A stretch of DNA of 43,714 bases, taken from IMG/VR virus record IMGVR_UViG_3300044508_000045, positions 1 through 43,714 of that record; one strand, written 5' to 3'. Positions 1-6,151 of this stretch are shown here, piece after piece. Position 1 is the stretch's first letter; each line of letters opens with the position of its first letter. The position numbers were made by a program, and so were the translations under genes. This stretch comes from a virus. Lineage: Duplodnaviria > Caudoviricetes. The notes under the pieces are model-generated. The model ran no database searches. It was given only the letters and a program-made list of their open reading frames with translations, and was not told the DNA's origin.

Positions 1-93
1 ACCCGCGCCGAGATGCAGCGATGGACCACGACCCTCCGAATGTACGAGGGGCTCGAAAAGCTCCGCGAGAACATCGCCAAGTTGGAGGCATGA
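1..93 (+). CDS. partial hypothetical protein (3' end, truncated by window edge)
   Basis: Open frame from base 1 to TGA 91-93 (TRAEMQRW...IAKLEA*), abutting the next gene's GGAGG RBS. Confidence 0.5.
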   Translation, partial: TRAEMQRWTTTLRMYEGLEKLRENIAKLEA

Positions 94-95
94 CC

Positions 96-419
96 ATGAC
101 TACCGCCGACATGATCCGCCTGCTGATGGTAGCCCACGATGACCTGCGCGCCGAGATCGAGCGTCACCCGGACATCTCCTACGCCACGCACGGTACGGCC
201 GTGCTGATCCAGGGGGCGCTCCTCGTCGCCTCCAAGATGCAGCCGGGCCTGTGCCAGCGGGCGCACCTCGCCACCATCGCGCAGATCGGAGCGGACACGC
301 TCGGGGCGGCGTTCGTCCACCGGCCGCACCTCGTCGAGTCGGCGAAGCTGCTGCATGACATCGCGTCGTCGCTCCAGATGATCTCCGACGCGGCCCGGCC
401 GGGCGTGGAGGCCGCATGA
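96..419 (+). CDS. phage early hypothetical protein, homologue of 21334..21651
   Basis: GGAGG RBS at 84-88. Shares HP(D/E)I(S/A)YA, QRxHLxTIA, LGAAxxxxPHLxExAKLL and terminal EAA with 21334..21651. Confidence 0.8.
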   Translation: MTTADMIRLLMVAHDDLRAEIERHPDISYATHGTAVLIQGALLVASKMQPGLCQRAHLATIAQIGADTLGAAFVHRPHLVESAKLLHDIASSLQMISDAARPGVEAA

Positions 420-838
420 ACGCGACGGAAACCTCGAAACTGCTGCGCCGGCTGGGCGCGTGCGTCAATGCGCGGGAGTGGGCACGGGGCCACACCCTCG
501 CGTGGGCATGGGAAAACTGCGAGCGCCCCGACTGGCTGGAGTGGCTCGCCGACGAGCTAGGCGTCAGGATGACCGCCGGGGCTCGGGCCGAGTACGGCCG
601 CGTGACGGCACCGGCGCGGGCCGAGTACGCCCGCGTGAGGGCAGCGGCGTGGGCCGAGTACGCCCGCGTGACGGCAGCAGTGTGGAACGAGTACGACCGC
701 GCGAGGGCAGCGGCGTGGGCCGAGTACGTCCGCGTGACGGCACCGGCGGGGGCCGAGTACGCCCGCGTGGAGGCACCGGCGTATCGCACGGCCATCCCAT
801 TCTCCGCCATCCTCGCCGCTGCTAAGGAGCGCACATGA
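416..838 (+). CDS. 11-aa-repeat protein, copy A (6 repeats)
   Basis: ATGA-coupled to both neighbours. N-terminal WxxCxRPDWLxWL motif, then six xEYxRxxAxAx repeats. Confidence 0.85.
   Translation: MNATETSKLLRRLGACVNAREWARGHTLAWAWENCERPDWLEWLADELGVRMTAGARAEYGRVTAPARAEYARVRAAAWAEYARVTAAVWNEYDRARAAAWAEYVRVTAPAGAEYARVEAPAYRTAIPFSAILAAAKERT
587..784 (+). repeat. tandem 33-bp coding repeat, 6 units
   Basis: Units start at 587, 620, 653, 686, 719 and 752. Consensus GCC GAG TAC GNC CGC GYG ASG GCA SCG GCG BGG. Confidence 0.95.
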
Positions 839-1182
839 GTCGCCATCGCACCATCGAGACCGGCTGGACCCACCCAGAGACAGAGGAGGACTACCGCGTC
901 ACCCTCGAATACTCCCCCGGTTCACCGGGTCACCGCGAGGAGGCGCCTACCGGCCCCGAAATCTGGGTCCGCTCCGTCCACGAGGACCGTCCGGGCGGCG
1001 CCGCGCGCCCCGACCTCATCCCGCAGGTTGAAGCCGAGCTCGATGGCGCGTGGTGGGACGACGCGGCCGACGCCATCGCCGACGCGGAGCGCGACGCCTA
1101 CGACGACGCGCAAGAGGACCGCTACGACTCCGCGCGAGACGCGATCTGGGACACCGTGCATTCATTCGTGGGGCGCCGATGA
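835..1182 (+). CDS. acidic phage hypothetical protein
   Basis: ATGA overlaps on both sides, AAGGAG RBS, D/E-rich C-terminus. Confidence 0.75.
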   Translation: MSRHRTIETGWTHPETEEDYRVTLEYSPGSPGHREEAPTGPEIWVRSVHEDRPGGAARPDLIPQVEAELDGAWWDDAADAIADAERDAYDDAQEDRYDSARDAIWDTVHSFVGRR

Positions 1183-1760
1183 CACGCGAAGAAATACTGG
1201 CATTCGCAGAGGCTGACGCGCTGGAGGCCCCACGTGCGGTCGAGTGGGAGATCGACGGGCGGGACACCCTGGAGTGGGCTATGGGCGCGCTCGCCGAGGA
1301 CGCGGAGGAGATCAGCCGCATCCGCTCCGCGCAGGCCGAGGCTGTCGCCCGCGTCGAGGCCCGCGCGGCCGAATTGGTCCGCAAGGTTGAGCGTCGGGGA
1401 GCTTACTTCCGCGGCAAAGTGGAGGAGTACGCCCGCTCCCATCGAGCGGACCTCCTGACCGGCAAGAGTAAGACGGTCGGTCTGATCCATGGCGAGATCG
1501 CCTACCGCGCCACGGCCGATCGGCTGGAGGTGGAAGACGCCGCCGCCGCGCTGGAGTGGGCCCGCACGCAGCCGGTCGATGCCGACATGGTGCGCGTCAA
1601 GCAGGAGATCAACAAGCGCGCCCTCGGCGAGCACTTCAAGCGCACCGGAGAGATACCGCCGGGCTGCGCCGTCGTCCCCGCCTCCGAGTCCATCCACATC
1701 AACCCCGAACAGCCCGAGGCGCTCGTGATCTCGCCCTCGCGGAAGGAAATCACACCATGA
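1179..1760 (+). CDS. gam: Mu Gam-like host-nuclease inhibitor (DNA end-binding) protein
   Basis: N-terminal coiled coil followed by KSKTVGLIHGEIAYR and VRVKQEINKRAL, typical of the Mu-Gam family. Lies next to an ERF gene. Start moved to ATG 1179. Confidence 0.75.
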   Translation: MTREEILAFAEADALEAPRAVEWEIDGRDTLEWAMGALAEDAEEISRIRSAQAEAVARVEARAAELVRKVERRGAYFRGKVEEYARSHRADLLTGKSKTVGLIHGEIAYRATADRLEVEDAAAALEWARTQPVDADMVRVKQEINKRALGEHFKRTGEIPPGCAVVPASESIHINPEQPEALVISPSRKEITP

Positions 1761-2428
1761 CCATCGGGAACATCGCCGCCGCACTCGCCAAGGCGCAGGC
1801 CAACTTCGCCCCCATCCGCAAGGACCGGAGCGCGGACACGGGCAAGTACAAGTACGATTACGCCGACCTCGCGTCGATCCTGGACGCGGTGCGCCCGGCC
1901 CTGTCAGCCAACGAGATCGCCATCCTCCAACCCGTCGAGGCGGAGGCCGTCGAGGGCGGCGGGGTTGCGGTCAAGGCCCGGACCCTCCTCGTCCACTCCT
2001 CTGGCGAGTCACTGGAGTCCCCGCCCCTGACAGTCGTGAGCGTGGATTCCCGACCGCAGTCGGTCGGCGGGGCTGCCACCTACGCCCGGCGCTACAGCCT
2101 AACGGCGATGCTCTCCATCGCCGCGGACGAGGACGAGGACGGCAGCGCGGCGAGCGGGATCGGCGCGCAGACGACCGCCAAGCCTGCCGGCAAACCCCCC
2201 GCCAAGCCCGCCCCATCGAGCCCTAACGGCGCCCTCTTCGCCGAGGCCGCTTGGACGCTGGCGAAGCGGATCTACGGGTCCGCCGACAAGGCGCGCGACC
2301 CGTGGAAGGCGGCCTGCACCTCCATCATCGGGGACCGCGACCCAAAGACGATGACCCAGCAGGAGTCCCTCGACATCGAGGCGATCCTCACCGAGGGCGC
2401 CAACGCGCCGGCCGACATCCCGTTCTAA
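1757..2428 (+). CDS. erf: ERF-family single-strand annealing protein
   Basis: IAAALAKAQ...KYKYDYADLASILDAVRPALSANEIAILQ...PQSVGGAATYARRYSLTAMLSIAADEDEDG is the ERF signature. Ends in a DIPF tail. Confidence 0.92.
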   Translation: MTIGNIAAALAKAQANFAPIRKDRSADTGKYKYDYADLASILDAVRPALSANEIAILQPVEAEAVEGGGVAVKARTLLVHSSGESLESPPLTVVSVDSRPQSVGGAATYARRYSLTAMLSIAADEDEDGSAASGIGAQTTAKPAGKPPAKPAPSSPNGALFAEAAWTLAKRIYGSADKARDPWKAACTSIIGDRDPKTMTQQESLDIEAILTEGANAPADIPF

Positions 2429-2451
2429 ACCCACACCCAAGGACACCCGAC

Positions 2452-2661
2452 ATGACCCGCATGGACGCAATCGCTATCATCGAGAAGACGAACGAACGCA
2501 CGGGCGAGAAGAAGACCCACTTTCTCAAGGTGGGCGCGGCGTTCCCCACGAAGGACGGCACGGGATGGATGATCTACCTCGACGCCTTTCCGGTCGCTGG
2601 GAAGCTGATGCTCAAGCCGCCCCGCGAGGACGGCAACCGAGGCGGGAGCGACATGCCGTGA
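2452..2661 (+). CDS. small phage protein (KVGAAFPTKDG...LDAFP type), possibly ssDNA-binding
   Basis: AAGGA RBS. Short beta-rich protein directly after ERF, where SSB-like genes usually sit (inference). Confidence 0.6.
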   Translation: MTRMDAIAIIEKTNERTGEKKTHFLKVGAAFPTKDGTGWMIYLDAFPVAGKLMLKPPREDGNRGGSDMP

Positions 2662-2846
2662 TCCGGCTCGACACGGTTGAGCAACGGGTGTGGGCCGCCG
2701 GAGAGTACGCCCTCCGTCGGGCCCGCGAGGAACTCGAAACCGGAAATGACGCCGGGTTCATGCTCATGGACTTGGAGGCGGCAGCCGAAAACCTCGCCAT
2801 GGCTGCGAGGGAGATCCGGAAGCGACTGACGGGGAGCGGACGATGA
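2658..2846 (+). CDS. hypothetical protein
   Basis: GTGA/ATGA coupling to both neighbours. Confidence 0.65.
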   Translation: MIRLDTVEQRVWAAGEYALRRAREELETGNDAGFMLMDLEAAAENLAMAAREIRKRLTGSGR

Positions 2847-3364
2847 ACGCGACGGAAACCTCGAAACTGCTGCGCCGCCTGGGCGCGTGCGAGGAGGCCC
2901 GCAAGTGGGCACGGGGCCACACCCTCGCGTGGGCATGGGAAAACTGCGAGCGCCCCGACTGGCTGGAGTGGCTCGCGGCCGCGCTGGGCGTCAGGATGAC
3001 CGCCGGGGCTCGGGCCGAGTACGGCCGCGTGACGGCACCGGCGCGGGACGAGTACGACCGCGCGAGGGCAGCGGCGTGGGCCGAGTACGTCCGCGTGACG
3101 GCACCGGCGCGGGACGAGTATGTCCGTGTGAGGACAGCGGCGCGGGACGAGTACGTCCGCGCGACGGCACCGGCGTGGGCAGAGTACGTCCGCGCGACGG
3201 ACGCGGCGCGGGACGAGTACGACCGCGCGAGGGCAGCGGCGTGGGCCGAGAACGACCGCGCGACGGCAGCGGCGTGGGCTGAGTACGCCCGCGTGGAGGC
3301 ACCGGCGTATCGCACGGCCATCCCATTCTCCGCCATCCTCGCCGCTGCTAAGGAGCGCGCATGA
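2843..3364 (+). CDS. 11-aa-repeat protein, copy B (9 repeats)
   Basis: N- and C-terminal DNA near-identical to 416..838, with three extra 33-bp units. Confidence 0.85.
   Translation: MNATETSKLLRRLGACEEARKWARGHTLAWAWENCERPDWLEWLAAALGVRMTAGARAEYGRVTAPARDEYDRARAAAWAEYVRVTAPARDEYVRVRTAARDEYVRATAPAWAEYVRATDAARDEYDRARAAAWAENDRATAAAWAEYARVEAPAYRTAIPFSAILAAAKERA
3014..3310 (+). repeat. tandem 33-bp coding repeat, 9 units
   Basis: Units start at 3014, 3047, 3080, 3113, 3146, 3179, 3212, 3245 and 3278. Confidence 0.95.
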
Positions 3365-3615
3365 GCATCGACCCTAAGAAGCTGGCGGCGCAGCGTTGGA
3401 AGGCGGAGCGACCGAAGGACACCCTGTGCGACTGCGGCACCCGCACCCGGGACGCCTCGGGAAAGTGCCGCGCCTGCCGGATCGACCTGCCCAAGGTGAA
3501 AACCATGAGCACCGAGAATCTGATCCGGATGGCGACCATCGTCGGGCAGGAGATCAAGGAGCGTCAGGCGGCGATGGCGAAGGCGATCAACGCCCTGCGG
3601 GTGGAGGCGAAATGA
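3361..3615 (+). CDS. small Zn-ribbon/coiled-coil protein
   Basis: CDCG...CRAC cysteine pairs; coupled starts and stops. Confidence 0.7.
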   Translation: MSIDPKKLAAQRWKAERPKDTLCDCGTRTRDASGKCRACRIDLPKVKTMSTENLIRMATIVGQEIKERQAAMAKAINALRVEAK

Positions 3616-4034
3616 TCCCGGCTATGCGGAACCTCCCCTCCGACCTGTGCGCCGAGTGCTGGGCCAAGATCAAGGAGGCGGCGAATGCGGACAAGGAGCG
3701 GAGGAGGACGAAGGCGAAGCCGCGACACGAGGCCCGCTACCGCCGGTCCCTGGCGGACTACGCCCGGAGCCTGGACCTCCGCGCCGAAGCGATGAAGCGG
3801 GACGGGGCGCGGTGTCAGCTCTGCGACGATCCCTATGTCCGGGAGGGCCTCGACCTGCACCACCTCGACCTCGGGGCGGGGAAGTCACGGCGCGAACGGA
3901 TCTCCAACGTGATGATGGCGCACCGGACGTGCCACGACGCGTACCACGCGAATGCCCGGGCGTTCGTCCCCAGGGTCAAGGTGTGGTGCGCGGCGCACGG
4001 ATACCCACTGCCGAACCGTAAGGAGTACCGATGA
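3612..4034 (+). CDS. HNH endonuclease-family protein
   Basis: RDGARCQLC...LDLHHL...SNVMMAHRTCHDAYH motif. ATG 3612 with GGAGG RBS. Confidence 0.8.
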   Translation: MIPAMRNLPSDLCAECWAKIKEAANADKERRRTKAKPRHEARYRRSLADYARSLDLRAEAMKRDGARCQLCDDPYVREGLDLHHLDLGAGKSRRERISNVMMAHRTCHDAYHANARAFVPRVKVWCAAHGYPLPNRKEYR

Positions 4035-4525
4035 TGGACGCAACGCAGACGGTAGTGCGAGAAGTGGACGGCGATATTGCCGATGTTCGCTGTGCGCCTC
4101 CATCAACAAGAGCGATGCATTTCTGCCCGGGGTGCGGGGTGTGCTTCCCGGTCGGTGGACTGCACCGCTGCCCCGGGTACGAGTTCGCCCCCGCCACGTC
4201 ACCGGAGATTCGCAGGGACGCAGCGCAGGATGCGGAGATCGCCCGCCTGACGGCGGAGGTGGAGCGGCTCACGCGGGACAACGACGGAATGGTAAAGGCG
4301 CACGCGGTCATGCTCTCCGGGTCGCTGACGCTGACTCGCGAGCGCGACGCCGACCGCGCCCTCTGCGACCGGCTCGCGGAGGCGCTGCGGGACTGTCGGC
4401 GCGAGCTGAACTGCCACACGCGCAACGACATGGGCTACACGCAGAGCGCGGAACTGGACGCGGTCGAGGCCGCCGACGCGGCTCTCGCGGCCTACGACAG
4501 GAGCAAGGAGGGGACCAATGGGTAA
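4031..4525 (+). CDS. hypothetical protein (CPGC motif, coiled coil)
   Basis: AAGGAG RBS, coupled to neighbours, contains EIARLTAEVERL. Confidence 0.65.
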   Translation: MMDATQTVVREVDGDIADVRCAPPSTRAMHFCPGCGVCFPVGGLHRCPGYEFAPATSPEIRRDAAQDAEIARLTAEVERLTRDNDGMVKAHAVMLSGSLTLTRERDADRALCDRLAEALRDCRRELNCHTRNDMGYTQSAELDAVEAADAALAAYDRSKEGTNG

Positions 4526-5081
4526 TCGCCTGACGGCAGAGCAGATCGCAGCGCTGGTGCGGGACGTGGACGACGCGGCCGATCTTGGGTGGGCGTACCT
4601 CACGGTGACCGTTCCAAGGTTGCGGGCCCTCCTCGGCGAGAGGGAGGCGCTGGCGGAGGAGAACCTGCGCTTGACGACGAACATGCAAATACTGAACGAG
4701 GCGCTCGACCGCGCCCTCGCCCCTCCCTCCGAGCCCCGGCCCGACGCGCGGGACGAGGTAATCGAGGCGGCGAGGGTAGCGTGGCGGACCCGTGACACCA
4801 TCGGACACAACGTCCGTGAGTGCCCGTGCGAAAACTGCGACGCGTTGCGAACGGTGGGCGCCGCGCTGGCCCGGCTGGACGGAGGGACGGCGAGCAACTC
4901 GCTACGCCCCGATGCGGTCACGTACGGCGCCCCGGAGACGGACGCGACGTGCGCCACATGCGGGGGCGACGGGGAGTGCCATATCTGCTTAGCGTGTAAC
5001 CAACCGTGCGCCACCTGCGGCGGCACGGGCCGAGCGCCCGCCGCACGCCTCGACCGCGTGACCGGGAGGGACGGACGATGA
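4518..5081 (+). CDS. hypothetical protein with DnaJ-type CxxCxGxG zinc-finger repeats
   Basis: CATCGGDG and CATCGGTG motifs plus CPCENC. AGGAGG RBS. Confidence 0.65.
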   Translation: MGNRLTAEQIAALVRDVDDAADLGWAYLTVTVPRLRALLGEREALAEENLRLTTNMQILNEALDRALAPPSEPRPDARDEVIEAARVAWRTRDTIGHNVRECPCENCDALRTVGAALARLDGGTASNSLRPDAVTYGAPETDATCATCGGDGECHICLACNQPCATCGGTGRAPAARLDRVTGRDGR

Positions 5082-5572
5082 GCGCGAATGCGTGCAGTCA
5101 CGTTGGGGCCGCGATCGGCCTACAGGGTGAACGGGGCGGCCTGTATTGCCGCTCTTGCGGAGAAGGGCTGGCCCTCCGCTCCGAGGTGGAGGCGCGGAGA
5201 GCGGAGAAGGCCGAACGGGAACGGGACGAGTCGCGGCTCTCTCTGGATCTTCGGGAGGTTCAATGTGCCGCGCTACTGTCCGAGTGCGCTCGACTTCGCG
5301 CGGAGCGGACGGAGGTGGCGCAGGGGATCTCGGTCCTCGCTACCGCCCGGATCGACGAGCAAGACGAGGAGATCGCGAAGCTGACCGCCGAGGTCGAGCG
5401 GCTCAAGGCGGAGGGGGAGCGGGGGTTCTGGGTCGAGCACCCGACGCGCCGACTGGTCGCGTGGTTCTACTACGGCGACCGCGAGGCCGCCGTTGCGCAG
5501 GCGAGTGTGTTGGAGGGGCACTCGCATGGGTGGCGCGTGGTCCCGGTGCGCGTCGTCAGGGAGGAGCCGTGA
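5078..5572 (+). CDS. hypothetical coiled-coil protein
   Basis: GGAGG RBS before ATG 5078. Contains CRSC and EIAKLTAEVERL. Confidence 0.65.
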   Translation: MSANACSHVGAAIGLQGERGGLYCRSCGEGLALRSEVEARRAEKAERERDESRLSLDLREVQCAALLSECARLRAERTEVAQGISVLATARIDEQDEEIAKLTAEVERLKAEGERGFWVEHPTRRLVAWFYYGDREAAVAQASVLEGHSHGWRVVPVRVVREEP

Positions 5573-5796
5573 GCCACGCGAACGAACTGCGGAAGGCGAT
5601 GGAGATCGCGCGCATCGTCACGACGGACGACCGGTCCCCCATCGTGGCTCGGAGCATCGGGATCGTTCTGGCCGAGGTGGAGCGCCAGCGGAACAAAATC
5701 GCGGACCTGCGCGGAGAGGTGGAGCGGATGCGGCGCGAGCGTGACCGCGCCCGGCCGCCGCGCGTCGTCAGGGAGGGCGAGGAGGGAACGCCATGA
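5569..5796 (+). CDS. hypothetical protein
   Basis: GTGA overlap with the previous stop, GGAGGAG RBS. Confidence 0.6.
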   Translation: MSHANELRKAMEIARIVTTDDRSPIVARSIGIVLAEVERQRNKIADLRGEVERMRRERDRARPPRVVREGEEGTP

Positions 5797-5969
5797 TCGA
5801 CGCCCCCGAGATCCGGGCCGCCTGCGACATGGCCCGCCGAATCGCAGAAATGGAAACCCAGGCGGACGCGCTGCAGCGCGAAGTGGTCCGCCTTCTCGAC
5901 GAGAACGACGAGCTTCGGCGCCACGTGCGGAACCTGAGCGACGCCCTCGACGCCGCAGCCGGGGACTAG
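5793..5969 (+). CDS. small coiled-coil protein (58 aa, not in the ORF track)
   Basis: ATG 5793 after GGAGG; MIDAPEIRAAC...LDAAAGD*. Its stop overlaps the convergent gene's stop (CTAG 5966-5969). Confidence 0.6.
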   Translation: MIDAPEIRAACDMARRIAEMETQADALQREVVRLLDENDELRRHVRNLSDALDAAAGD

Positions 5970-6151
5970 GGCAACCCCCGCGCAGGGTAGATCACCCGGT
6001 CGCCCGCCATCCTCCGCACCTCCCGTTCCGCGAGGCGCTCGGCCTCCGCGCGGGGGCAGCCGCGTCCGTCGTACTCGATCCGGGCCGCGATCTCCTCCCA
6101 CCATTCCCGCCAGTCCAGGGGCCAGTCGAGGGGGGAGGGACTGAGGGTCAC
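5966..6151 (-). CDS. small phage protein (EExAAxxEYD...RAEAE type), homologue of 28725..28913
   Basis: GTG start overlaps the tailspike TGA. DWP...EEIAARIEYDG...RAEAERLA. Confidence 0.65.
   Translation of the reverse strand: MTLSPSPLDWPLDWREWWEEIAARIEYDGRGCPRAEAERLAEREVRRMAGDRVIYPARGLP

Noticed and set aside
1146-1153. Fifth copy of the late-promoter box (CTGGGACA)
   Set aside because: Inside a coding region and not followed by the -10-like hexamer at 8 nt.
587-3310. CRISPR array
   Set aside because: The 33-bp units are contiguous, in-frame coding repeats with no unique spacers, and there are no cas genes.
416-3364. Diversity-generating retroelement (TR/VR pair), considered because of the BPP-1-like head genes and near-identical repeats
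   Set aside because: No reverse transcriptase in the window. Both copies are intact genes, and differences are not confined to adenines of one copy.
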